This document shows, in pieces, positions 10,665 through 22,844 of a stretch of DNA of 64,000 nucleotides. The position numbers were made by a program, and so were the translations under genes. Source of the stretch: Asterias rubens (Eukaryota); contig NC_047065.1 in NCBI RefSeq assembly GCF_902459465.1, forward strand, positions 7,750,001 through 7,814,000, written 5' to 3'. The number at the start of each line of letters is the position of its first letter. Within the stretch, counting starts at the first letter, position 1. The notes beneath the pieces were generated by a model. It worked only from the letters and a program-made list of their open reading frames with translations. It was not told the origin of the DNA and did no database searches.

Positions 10665-11967
10665 CAGTGTCTTTAAGTAGAAGCCAAGCTGTTCTTTAAA
10701 TGATTACTGTAGTACTGTATTAATAGTGTTCCACTCCTATGCATCCAAAAAGAGTAAAATACATTTTCACTATAAAGTCTTTTTTTAGAACAAAAAAAAT
10801 ACAAATTCTTGCAGCTCATTATTGGATGATCAATTAAATGGTTTGCAGCCATTTTGAATTTGGCTGTCATCTTTAGAAGTAATGTTCTTGTGTCTGTATC
10901 TTTTCTTCCAGAAGTCAAGCTTTTACTTGACAATATTTATTCCAGTAAATGGGCAGTATGTTCAGCAGTGTGCGGACTATTGCTCATAAAATGATACCTG
11001 GCCTACTTCTCATCGTATTTCTCAGTAGATCAGGCACCAGATTATTATTTTGTTAACAAGATTTTTTCATAGGATGGTGTGGCAGTAAGTAAGAGCAAGC
11101 AATGTCATTAAGAACTTAGCCGGTCATCAAATAAGTCATTAGGTGTTAACATTATTGGGAAATTGACATAGTAATTTTAGAAATATATAGTTGTATTGTG
11201 TTGCAGAAACGTGACCTTTTCGGTCTTTGGGATAAACTTGGGGTGTTTTCACATCCACGAAATGTTAGCTAATGAGGGAAATAAATCAATTACTGAAAAA
11301 CTAATACTTTACATTCTTTAATAATTTGATGGTGTACTGGTTCCTTCATGGATTTTGCGTATAAATTACACTCTTACGCATTTGAGGGTTTTAATGATGA
11401 AAGTGTCATCATTTTTGGTGTCAGAAAGTGAAACACGATAATAAGGCTGTTTGAGGTGTGGTGGCCACTAAAGGAGTGCACTGTTTGGTTTTGGGTGTAT
11501 CAGAAAAATTACCCAAGCCATAGTATGTCCGCCATAATCTCAAAATGGCCTCTTCCGATGCGGACTGTTCATTTCCATTCGTGGTTTCAATGAAAACAAA
11601 GACGTTATACCTCACCCGACTGAGTGAGCATAACAACCAATCATTTATTATAAGAAACAAGAGATTATACCATAGTCGTAACATGTTTACCCGTGCATAA
11701 AACAAATGAGGTTGCTTATTTTGCTCCCGCTGAGTTCATGATGGATGTTCCAGGTTATTAGTGCTTAAGTTGTTGTTGTTTTTTTCATCTTAGCAAATTA
11801 TATCATTTCTAAGAAGATATCGAAAGCTTGGATTGAAAAAAAGCCGTACAAACAAACCAGCGCGGATTGATATAACGACATGATACAGGAATATAGTCGA
11901 GTGTCAGAAGTACATTTATTCGCTCTAAGTTATTTTTCTTGCATGAGGTATTTTCTGTTTCGAGTAC

Positions 11968-12115
11968 TTGTGCTGAATATTTGAATATTTGTGCTGAATA
12001 TTTGAATATTTGTGCTGAATATTTGAATATTTGTGCTGTGTATTTGAATATTTGTGCTGAATATTTTAATATTTGTGCTGTATATTTGAATGTTTGTGGT
12101 GTATATTTTAATCAT
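11968..12115. repeat. 21-bp minisatellite (tgtgctgaatatttgaatatt), about 7 units
   Basis: Direct inspection; explains ORFs 11930-12169 and 11939-12151. Confidence 0.9.
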
Positions 12116-12815
12116 GTTAAAGACATGGTAGGCCCGAAGAATTTGTTTTAACCACAGAAGTGAAAACATAAATGCTGGACTTTAAACTGATCTTAGTTAG
12201 CATAATATGTTGTCGGTACTGTACCAGTAAACCCCAGTAAACTTATCTGAAATAATCTCATTTTTCTTAAACTACCTGTGCCTGATTTTTACAAAGAAAT
12301 TATACACCAATCTTGAGATGAACTTTTTAATATTTTACTAATGTTTTACTTTAAGAATGATATAAGAATATGCTGTTTAACCATGCTCAATACGAACGAA
12401 CACATGGAGTCTTTATGTCGATAACAATAAATTGCAAAACAGTATGATGAATTCAAATCATTTTAATTTAAGTTGGTTTGAATATAATTTGGCGAGGACT
12501 TTGCATACTATTGATATATTGATAATATCTCAAACGACGGCTCAACCCAGATGTGATACCTCCCAAATAGTTGCGGGCGGTATTTGAGGCAGGTTGAGAT
12601 AACATAACCAATGTTGTCAATATACTTAAATAATCTTATAGTACCGCGCATTAATGTATTATGTTGCTTTCAATATTTGATTTAAGAGCAAATAAATCCC
12701 CAAGGGATGGACTTTAAAGACATGGTAAGCCTTAAGAATTGGTTATAATCAAATAAATGAATAATATAAATTGCTGGATTGTAAACTTATCTTAGGTAGC
12801 ATAAACAGTCACATC

Positions 12816-13201
12816 TTAAAGTCACTGGACACTATTGGTAATTGTCAAAGACCAGTCTTCTCACTTGGTGTATCTCAACATATGCATAAAATAACAAACA
12901 TGTGAACATTTGAGCTCAAATGGTCATCGAAGTTGCGAGATAACAATGAAAGAAAAAACACCCCTGTCACACGAAGTTGTGTGCTTTCAGATGCTTGATT
13001 TCGAGACCTCAAATTCTAAACTTGAGGTCTCGAAATCAAATTCGTGGAAAAATACTTCTTTCTCGAAAACTACATCACTTCAGAGGGAGCCGTTTCTCAC
13101 AATGTTTTATACTGTCAACCTCTCCCCATTACTCGTCACCAAGTAAGGTTTTATGCCAATAATTATTTTGAGTAATTACCAATAGTGTCCACTGCCTTTA
13201 A
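12816..13201 (+). mobile_element. Kolobok-type MITE family A, full length
   Basis: TIRs plus TTAA at both ends. Confidence 0.9.
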
Positions 13202-13389
13202 ACAATGTCACCTTTGCAAAATTTAGGTTATACCTGTGCCTGATTTTACAAAATATAGCAGGTTAGCATTGATATATATTTTATTCACTTGTCTCATTGA
13301 TACATGTATGAGATTAATGTACACTGTTTTTAATACACTGGGCCAGGGGGCGATTTTTTTCCCCTTAACCTTTCGGGCAGTCTACGTGG

Positions 13390-13495
13390 AGTTTAGCCAA
13401 TCAGAGCGCGAGGTTGTGTTGATGACGTCACTGCGGACTTGGCTCAGCGTCCGTTCAATAACAAAAAGTGGTCGAAAAAGAAAGAACCGTGAGTT
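13390..13495 (+). promoter_or_regulatory. Candidate promoter / first-exon cluster (CCAAT box, CRE, donor-like gtgagt)
   Basis: ttagccaatcag, atgacgtca, CpG-rich segment, then gaacc|gtgagt; motifs only, no transcript evidence. Confidence 0.35.
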
Positions 13496-13675
13496 CGAGT
13501 CCCCCTGTGGAATTTTTTTCTTCTTCACTTTTTGAAGGTCTAAGTAGTTATTTTCGAAGTACACCATGAACTGAAAATCGTTATTATAGGTTATGTTAAC
13601 TCCCCCCCCCCCACTTTTCCCCCCGTCTAAGTAGTTATTTTCGAAGTCAGGGCCGGGTGTATGTATGCCATGTAC

Positions 13676-14085
13676 TTAATGGCAGTGGACACTATTGGTA
13701 ATTACTCAAAATAGTTGTTAGCATAAAAACGTACTTGGTAACAACAATGGAGAGCTGTTGATAGTATAAAGCATTGTGAGAAACGGCTCCCTCTGAAGTA
13801 AGGTAGTTTTCGAGACAGAAGTAATTTTTCACTGAAATATTTGAATTTGATTTCGAGACCGCAGAATTTGATTTTGGGGTCCCGAAATCAAGCATCTGAA
13901 AGCACACAACTTCGTGTGACAAGGGTGTTTTTTATTCCATTATTATCTCGCAACTTCGACGACCAATTGAACTCAAATTTTCACACGTTTGTTATTTTAT
14001 GATGTTGAGATATGGCCTACACCAAGTGAGAAGACCTGTCTTTGACAATTGCCAATAGTCCAATAATAGTGTCCAGTGTCTTTAA
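13676..14085 (-). mobile_element. Kolobok-type MITE family A, reverse
   Basis: TIRs plus TTAA. Confidence 0.85.
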
Positions 14086-14552
14086 AAGGGAATTTATTAA
14101 CCAATGATGCATGTTTGTTGTGCCTTGCACCCAGTATTGATCCCATTTCTAATTTTTATTTTAATGGATCTTTTACGAAATTAACGGGTTTACAAATTAA
14201 AAAAAAACTTGTGTTTAAAATTGGGTGTGTTTCAAATTATTTAAAGTCAGGTAAAAGAGAGATTTCATTTTAGGGCTGTTTATTTTACAACCATAACCAC
14301 ACCCAATCCAAAGTAAACATTGCCAAGTTATATATTATATGTAATAACTTTAATACAGCCACAACATAAATCTGATTTGTATAGAAATACTCAAAGCTGA
14401 CAAGCTGCTATATGGTTATAAGGAACAACTCTTGCCATAGTTAATTATTATGCGTATATTATTATTGCTTTTCCCCCTTTGCTTATGATATACCCACAGG
14501 CCTATCTTTTCTTGGCCGATTATATCAATCTGCGATATAAATGGATCAATGT

Positions 14553-15161
14553 TTAAAGGCATTGACACTTTTGGTAGTTACTCAAAACAGTTGTTAGCAA
14601 TACAAACTGACTTGGTAACGAGCAATGGAGAGCTGTTGATAGTATTACACATTGTAAGAAACGGAACCTTCTGAAGTAACGTAGTTTCTGAGATAGAGGT
14701 ATTTTTTCGTTCAGCAGGCCTGAAGCCTTTTACTAGGCATCTGAAAACACATAAGTTAGTGCAACAAGAGTGTTTTTCTTTCATTGTTTTTTTGCAACTT
14801 CGATGACTAATTATTGAGTCAAACTTTTAACAGCTTTGTTATTTTATGCACATGTTGGATACACCAAGTTAGAATACTGGGCCCAATGTCATGGCTCTGC
14901 TTACCGTAAGCACAGAATCGGCGCTTACGGAAGCAGGGGATTCTGGGCTTACGTATTTCACGGGTTATCGGCGAATTTTGCTTCTGCGCGTGCGTACTCC
15001 ACGTTACTATAGGCATTCTACGCTTACAAGAATAGCACAGAAATTCGGCGCTTGCACGTAAGCGGGGAATCGTGATCGTAAGCGCAGAATTTGGCAGTAA
15101 GCAGAGCCATGAAATTTGGCCCTGGTCTTTTACAATTACCAAACGTGTCCAGTGCCTTTAA
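14553..15161 (-). mobile_element. Kolobok-type MITE (A/C-like), reverse, with nested Harbinger MITE
   Basis: TTAA|AGGC...GCCT|TTAA; body continuous once 14880-15124 is removed. Confidence 0.85.
14880..15121. mobile_element. Harbinger-type MITE, CTG TSD
   Basis: CTG|GGCCCAATGTCATGGCTCTGCTTAC...GTAAGCAGAGCCATGAAATTTGGCC|CTG. Confidence 0.85.
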
Positions 15162-16082
15162 ATGGAGATACAAATCAGCGTACTGAATGTGTCTGGTCGA
15201 CTTCATGACTTGCTACCAGGGGCAAGAAAACAGTTTTGATGCCTGATATTAGTATGGTTTGCTTTCAATGAAGTGTGATGTGCACAGTTTTGCTTTGAAA
15301 ATACAAGAAGATTTGGATTCTAAAATGTTTTACTGTCTTTTATCAAATGGTATCGAAAAGATTCATTCGCATTTATAGAGTTTTAGGCCTACACCAATGT
15401 CAAAATTCCATCATCAAGATTGAGTCCAACAACAGTCCGCCGACTTCCAACACGGTGAAAATCGTTCCTTTTAAAATATGGCCTATGTAGGCTAAAACAA
15501 CAGAATAACCGACCTCATGTTTGTTGGGGTGGTTGTTTGTTTGGTTATTTTTGTGTCTGTTAATTGATCGCCCAATCAGGTGAATTCGGCAACACACGTG
15601 GGCCATAACGAGGCCCAACGCGTTACAACGCCTCAGACCGATGCTGCGATCACTGTTTCAAGACGAGAGATTTTTTCCTGATGCACACAACACCCATCCT
15701 AAACAGTCAGATTGACGCATGGCTTGTGTATTAGCTGCTGGATAAGAAGCCATCTCCCTGATCATTTCTAGGTCAACGCTAAGGCACTGTAGCCAAAACC
15801 CTACAGTCCACTTCACCTATAGGTGTGTTGATCATGATCAGTTTAGCCAGAGTACACATAATTGCCCCTTGTTCATGTCTGGGATACGGATAGCCATCCA
15901 CAGCTCCCAGCTTTGATTCACACGAGTCAAATAAAAACATAGACAACAGACATAAAAAATTGCAAAGCACTTCTTTCCCACACTCCTGCACATTGAAGAG
16001 GACCATACCCTCGGGCCCAAATTTCAACCTTCATTTGGCGCCTTTTTTCCCTTCGTTCCAGGACAGATTTTTAACCAGTCTC

Positions 16083-16190
16083 CTCGCCTCCCCTGGTTGG
16101 CATGGCAACGGCTAGCTCCATTGACGTCATACGGGAGGCGAGCTCGGCAAAGAGTTGGGCAGATGGATAATATGATCACGTGACGCAGTT
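16083..16190. promoter_or_regulatory. Motif cluster: RFX X-box-like, CRE and E-box
   Basis: GTTGGCATGGCAAC, TGACGTCA, TCACGTGAC; X-box and CRE bracketed by inverted repeat ctcgcctccc/gggaggcgag. Confidence 0.35.
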
Positions 16191-16482
16191 AAAGAAGATT
16201 TTAGGGTGTAATATGCCAATTGGGAGCGTGTAATCTGCGCTATGGGTATTGTGCTCTATATTGAAATAGCTAGAACTGGTCTATATAGCGCAGAGTAAAT
16301 TTCAATCGAATGTTGCGTGTGTAAGACGCAGGTTTATTGTACATTTTCTCATATAAACTGTAGGCCGGTCAATGAGCCAGCATATAATTTCAAAGGTCGT
16401 GTATACCATGCAAAGTACACCATAATGCATAAACGTAGCACGAGGGAGACTAGTCTTATCAGTTCAAAGTGGAGACTGTACT

Positions 16483-16634
16483 GGGTGCGTTCGTTTAGCT
16501 TCCCTGGGTCGACCCCGGTGCGTGGCGGTTTTTTCTTCCAGGACGATAGTGGGTAATTATATGCACACGTTCGTCCTGGGAAAAAAAACCGTCACACACC
16601 GGGGTCGACCCAGGGAAGCTAAACGAACGCACAC
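16483..16634. mobile_element. ~150-bp palindromic MITE (TIR GGGTGCGTTCGTTTAGCT)
   Basis: Near-perfect hairpin; further copies at 18765-18880 and 42750-42900. Confidence 0.85.
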
Positions 16635-17108
16635 ATTGAACACTATCAGAACTAAAAAATTTTTTTACTGGAAATCCCTCATTTTGATTTGTTTTAAAGA
16701 TGGAACCGCAGTAGCATGCACATTTTGAGATAGTCAATACAGAGGCATGCTAGTAAACGCAGTATGGCGTAGACCACCTAACACAACTTGTAACAAGCAA
16801 AAAACAAACTGTACCACATGGTTTTTTTTGTACTGCTATCAAGTAGCCCACATGCACTATTTGGAGGTAGAGTTGGTGAGGAACTGTCCTTACAATATTT
16901 TCTTATAGCTGTTACGGGAGTACGTATCAACTGATATCCATTTTGAAATAATCAAAATACATTGGACTGAAACTAGAACTGTGTTTTACGCTATAAGAAC
17001 GGAAATTGGATTGTCCGCATTAATAATTAAAGTTATGGGAACCATTTTACAATATAAGATTTTTCAATGAAAATGTACATTTTACATGTGCTTCTGAGGT
17101 TTTATCTT

Positions 17109-17509
17109 TTAAAGACAGTGGACACCTTTGGTAATTGTCAAAGACCAGTCTTCTCACTTGGTGTACCTGAAGATATGCATAAAACAATAAACCTGTGCAA
17201 ATTCTAGCTCAATTGGTCGTCGAAGTTCTGAGATATGAATGAAATAAAAAAAACACCCTTGTCACACGAAGTTGTGTGCTTGCAGATGCTTGATTTCGAG
17301 ACCTCAAGTTCTAAATCTGAGGTCTCGAAATCAAATTCGTGTAAAATTACTTCTTTCTTGAAAACTACATTACTTCAGACGGAACCGTTTTTCACAATGT
17401 TTTATACTATCAACAGCTCTCCATTACTAATTACCGAGTAAGTTTTTAAGCTAACCATTATTTTGTATTTAAGCTAATAATTATTTTGAGTAATTACCAC
17501 TGCCTTTAA
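17109..17509 (+). mobile_element. Kolobok-type MITE family A
   Basis: Left TIR intact, right TIR partly deleted, TTAA at both ends. Confidence 0.85.
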
Positions 17510-17693
17510 CAAAAATCTAGAAGGGTGAATTTAAAGACTACATTTTTAGTTGTGATAGTGTTGCTGGTCGTTTCGACCCTCGCAGAGTATTTCAAAGGTT
17601 AAACGAATACAACAAATAGAGGTATTACACTGGTTTAACTAAGAGCAGTCAAGTGAATGCCCGTATGAAACAATGCATTTCACAGTCTTTAGT

Positions 17694-18374
17694 TTAAAGG
17701 CATTGAACACGTTTGGTAATTGTCCAAAACCAGTTTTCTCACTTGGTGTATCTCAAAATAAGCATAAAATAACAAGACTGTGAAAATTTGAGCCCAATTG
17801 GTCATCGAAGTTGCGAGAAAATGATAAAAGAAAGAAAAACACCCTTATTGTGTGCTTTCAGATTTCTTATTTTAGTGAGAAATTACCTCTTTCTCAAAAT
17901 CTATGCTACTGCAGAGGGAGCCGTTTCTCATGTTTTATACAGCCCTCCAATGCTCGTTACCAAGTCAGTTTTTCAGGTAATCTTTGTTTTGAGTAGTTAC
18001 CAAACGTGTACCATCCGTTTGGTAATTACTAACAAATATTAACTTAAAAACTGACTTGGTAACGAGCATTGGAGAGCTGTTGATAGTATAAAACATTGTG
18101 GGAAACGACTCCCTCTGAAATATCGTAGTTTTTGTGAGAGAGGTAATTTCTCACTAAAATAATAAAAGACTTCTAGCTATAGAAGTCTTTTATTCTTATC
18201 TGAAAGCACACAAATTCGTCTAAAAAGGGTGTTTTTTGTTTCATCATTTTCTCGCAACTTCGATGACCAATTGAGCCCAAATTTTCACAGGCTTGTTATT
18301 TTATGCTTATGATGGGAAACACCAAGTGAGAAGACTGGTCTTTGACAATTACCAAACCTGTACCTTCCCTTTAA
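17694..18374. mobile_element. Two family C Kolobok-type MITEs fused end to end in inverted orientation
   Basis: Forward copy 17694-~18010, reverse copy ~18015-18374; junction ttaccaaacgtgtaccatccgtttggtaa; outer TTAA at both ends. Confidence 0.75.
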
Positions 18375-18764
18375 AGGACGGTTAAGGCATAAGTTACAAT
18401 AAAGTACAGACATTCCAACTATGGCTTCCTTCAGATAGTGTTCATACTTCGATAAAACGTTGCGTGAAGATAATAGGTTCGGCCCCATCGTTTATAACCA
18501 CACCTCAATCAACGTTATCTGAGGAGTTTGTTTCCCAAAATAAGCATACAATAATATAGCCCTGGCCTAAGCAAGCGTATTGCCGCCACACGAAAGAAAA
18601 ACGTGCACACTATAAGTCCAAAACTTATCATGTACGTGCACGATAAATTATCGTGTACACGATACGAGAGAGATTTGTTGTAATGTTTATATGTAGTTAC
18701 TGGGCATCCTGGAAAACAGCGTTTTACTGAGAGGTTTCCCCAGGGTAAAGAAGAAATATATAAA

Positions 18765-18880
18765 GGGTGCGTTCGTTTAGCTTCTTTTTCCAGGACGAAC
18801 GTGCATGGGTAATTATCTGCACGCGTTCGTCCTGAAAAAAAAAACCGCCGTCGACCCGGGGAAGCTTAATGAACGCACCC
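18765..18880. mobile_element. Internally deleted GGGTGCGTTCG palindromic MITE
   Basis: TIRs GGGTGCGTTC / GAACGCACCC. Confidence 0.8.
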
Positions 18881-20334
18881 ATTATACGCTTCAGTGTACA
18901 ATAGAGCAGGGAACAGCTAACCATGCCTTGTAGTAGATTCATTGAATCATAGAGCATAGAGTAAGGACTCTTATATTCCTTACTCTATGATTCAATATTT
19001 ACAATGATTCCCATGATTCCGTACTCCATGATTTACTGTTTCCAATGATTTCAATACATAGTACTTACCAGCTTAAGGTTGGCCTCCAAACCTGTACTCC
19101 ATAATGTTGAACTCGTGTCGTTGGTGCACTGTAACAAGTGGCGTGCAACGTTGAAAATTATAAATGTCCCGCCTTAGTAGAGAGTGAAATGAACTAGGCA
19201 CAGGGGTGAGACGGCAGACATATTACGTAATGAAGAATGGAGGAGAGTTTCAAACCTTTGTACTTATTGGTCAAGACAGTTCACACCAGGATCACACCAC
19301 TACTAGCACGTACGCCAACATTTTCTTAAACAATTAATTTGACATACACCGCAACCCGGTTCAATGTGTACGAAGGAGAAACTATACTCACACAATTGTA
19401 TGGTTCTACATTCAAAACTTTCGGGATTTGAACTAATCAATATCTGTAATTGAGAACTTGTTTTTTCTCGTATGAAATCATGAGCAAGTGAATCATTTGT
19501 TACTTAAACAAAAATTGTAAGACCAACCATCTCTATAGACCAACTAATGTTGGGTGGAGATGGTTGATTAGTGCCACTCTTATCGTTAGAGGACTACACG
19601 TGTCGATTTCACAAAGATAGTCCTACCTTAGGACAATAGTTCTAGTGTATTAAAAAATGTTTAAGACAAGTTCTAAGTTAGGACGAGTAACTCGTCCTAA
19701 AGGGGAAGATAAGACTGGTGAAATCATCCCTTGGTTTCGAAATTGGGGATGACAAAGGGTATCACTCAAATCCAATCATTGCTTTATAATAAGGAATTAA
19801 AGAGGGGAGTGAGAACCTTTTACAACATTCAGCCTATAACTCTTTTCGAATTAAATCAACGATTAACCCAAGCACTTTGTCCCCATAGTTCGTTTTAATG
19901 TCAACGGCATCAATGACAGTCAATAAAACAATATACAAACATGACAAAAAGTAAGGTTGTTAACCACTTAAATACATCTCAATAACGTCATCATCACGTC
20001 ACCTTTGAAAAAGGAAACAACAGTCGCAGCTACAATCAATTCCGTGATATCCGTTAAAATACACTGAGTTTCCTTGTTTTGTGTTACGTCATAAACGTTT
20101 GTTTAAATATAAACAGTCTTATAGTAAAACACGCCACTTACGGCAGTCATCAGACAGGTTTGAAATTTACAAGTCACGTGCCAAAACATTTGTTTACAAC
20201 ACAGTTTTCACAAAGCCTGACGTCACGTCCTGCCCGTATGGAAATTACATTTTAGTTATACGGTGTTTACACCCCACTCCAACCCAAGTGAATAATATGT
20301 TTATATACCAATTAGTTAATGGTAGTAACACCAT

Positions 20335-20476
20335 TGGAAGACTTTGAAACGCTAGGTGGCAGCAGACTTACCAGGTAAGTTTTCATTGTTTACGTTGTTC
20401 TGAGCACGCGCACTATAACCAAGAACATGGATGTACCTGGTAAGTTTGCTGCCACCTAGAGTCCCAAAAGCCCCTC
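20335..20476. mobile_element. ~145-bp hairpin MITE (TIR GGGAGACTTT..CTAGGTGGCAGCAGACTTACC)
   Basis: Other copies at 28929-29070, 39582-39727 and 59406-59547. Confidence 0.8.
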
Positions 20477-21452
20477 ATTTCTTGCTTATGGCTTTTGTTC
20501 TATGTCGACACGTTTCAAGAAAGAAAAAAGGAAAATGGCGATCTTAAAAAGCAAAGTGAACTCTAGTTTGAATAGCAGTTCTTATAGTGAACATAAAACA
20601 TTTGAGATGTTTTTTTTCGTCATCTGCAATGTCCATTTACACTCACTGAAATCGGAGTGTATTTTGGGGTATTAAAAGAGATGACCAATGCAATTTGTAC
20701 ACGTGTAATGTCTACCGACAGTGTTGATTACGAAACAAGATGTTGCCAATCAGTTTCAAAAAGTACAGGTAACTGAAATTCTTTTGGGTTAGTGGTGTTT
20801 CCTAAGCAAATGTGGAGTACTTTAAAGTCCCTCAAATGTGGCCACTAATACAAATAAAGTTGTAAATTGTCAACATGAATATTCTGGAACAAGGGCCTTG
20901 AAAGATATAGTCTCCCTGTCAGTGTACACAATTTAGGCTAAAACGTACGTCAAGCATCTAATATACATGAACCAGCATCAAAAAAGTGATATAAAAATGT
21001 CACGCAATTTACCGTTAGTGATTCTCTTTAGATATTACAAAAAACGAACGATAACAATCTTTAAAATAATATACAGTACGTTCCAGCCTTGATCATTAAC
21101 TAGTCGTGACACTGCCGCTTTGCAATGTACACTCAAAGTTTAAAACGTTTATTCAGTGTGACTTTAAATAGTAAAATATATGATAAACTGTTAGTTATTT
21201 ATTAACTTCTAAAATAGTACTTTTGGGTAGATGTTATTTTGTTTCCCCCGAATGCAGTGCAAAAGTATTAAACCAGAGCTGTGTTAGGTCTATCCTGCAG
21301 TCAGGCCTTTACTGGGACCCCTATTTTGAAATGTCCATTCAAACATTAATTTAACGATTAGCACCTTTAATCCAAAATAAATAATAATAATCCAAAGTTA
21401 ATCAAAATGTTTGACTCCTCAGGTAAACTTTTACTCTACATTGTTGCGTGCC

Positions 21453-21836
21453 TTAAAGCCAGTGGACACTAATGGTAATTGTCAGAGACACGTCTTCTTA
21501 CTTGGTGTATCTCAACAAATGCATAAAATAACAAAACTGGGAAATATTGAGCTCAATTATTGGTTGTCAAAGTTGCGAGATAATAATGAAAGAAAAAACA
21601 GCCTTGTCACACGAAGTTGTGTGCTTTTAGATGCTTGATTTCGAGACCCAAAATTCTTGATCTGAGTTCTCGAAATCAAATTCGTGGAAAATTACTTCTT
21701 TCTCGAAAACTACGTTACTTCAGAGGGATCCGTTTCTCAGAATGTTTTATATATCAACCGCTCCCCATTACTCGTTACCAAGTAAGGTTTTATGCTATTA
21801 TTTTGAGTAATTACCAATAGTGTCCACTGCCTTTAA
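21453..21836 (+). mobile_element. Kolobok-type MITE family A, full length
   Basis: TIRs plus TTAA. Confidence 0.9.
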
Positions 21837-22153
21837 GAGTGATTTGCAGTTATGATCAATCTTAGCTTTCAAATTTTGTGAAACCGAGTCTTGGGCTCTG
21901 TTATGCCACTTACTTTTGTGATTAGTAAAAATTTAATAAAATTAATTGGTGATGAAAACACATCCTAAGATCAAAGGTATTGCATAATTGCAAGGCCCCT
22001 CTTGTGTTTGACGGCAAGTATTGCCACGTATGCTTGGATCACAACAATATCTGGCATGACGTCATGGTGACGGTGATGAAAACAAACGGTGATGAAAACA
22101 CACCGTGCGTCCAATTGATACTGATTACAAATCATGATGAACTATTTGGTTTT

Positions 22154-22844
22154 ATAATCCAACATAGTTTGGTCACACTGCAGATATAAACCAACTATAG
22201 ATTGATCACACTGCAGAAATAACCCAAACTATAGATTGATCACACAGCAGAAATAATCCAACTATAGATTGATCACACATCAGATATAATCAAACTATAG
22301 ATTGATCCCACTGCAGATATAACCAAACTATAGATTGGTCACACTGCAGATATTATCAAACTATAGATTGGTTACACTGCAGATACAATCCAACTATAGA
22401 TTGGTCACACTGTAGATATCACCAACTATAGATTGATCACACTGCAGAAATAACCCAAACTATAGATTGATCACACAGCAGATATAATCCAACTATAGAC
22501 TGATCACACTGTAGATATAAACCAACTTTAGATTGGTCACACTGCAGATATAAACCAACCATAGATTGGTCACACTGCAAATATCACCAAACTATAGATT
22601 GGTTACACTGCAGATACAATCCAACTATAGATTGGTCACACTGCAGATATCACCAAACTATTGATTGGTCACACAGCAGATATAATCCAACTATAGATTG
22701 GTCACACTGCAGATATACTCCAAGTATAGATTGATCACACTGCAGATATAATCCGACTATAGATTGGTCACACTGCAGATATCACCAAACTATAGATTGG
22801 TCACACTGCAGATATAATCCAAGTATAGATTGGTCACACTGCAG
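22154..22844. repeat. 32-33-bp minisatellite (cactgcagatataatccaactatagattggtca), about 21 units
   Basis: Direct inspection. Confidence 0.95.

Noticed and set aside
11073-11084. 12-nt + strand micro-exon candidate (ttttttcatag GATGGTGTGGCA gtaagt)
   Set aside because: Good splice signals, but it lies past the RPP40 stop with no host gene identified.
9449-11620. Possible two-exon - strand gene (11513-~11620 joined to 9449-9543; phases compatible), or a short MADILWLG first exon
   Set aside because: Peptide not recognisable, upstream acceptor weak, no further exons found; compatible with chance.
12272-13650. Short direct repeats: tacctgtgcctgattttacaaa (12272, 13231) and gtctaagtagttattttcgaagt (~13538, ~13625)
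   Set aside because: Too short to define an element; most likely local duplications.
15400-16027. Several 60-82-aa ORFs in GC-richer unique sequence
   Set aside because: No recognisable motif or consistent splice structure.
17562-17600. Second hammerhead-like relic (- strand ..ACTCTGCGAGGGTC GAAAC GAC)
   Set aside because: CUGANGA box destroyed and triplet is GAC; at most a dead Penelope-type fragment. A related truncated piece at ~2935-2990 stops before the core.
22154-22844. CRISPR-like appearance of palindromic repeats
   Set aside because: Spacers are themselves repeated, the context is eukaryotic and there are no cas genes.
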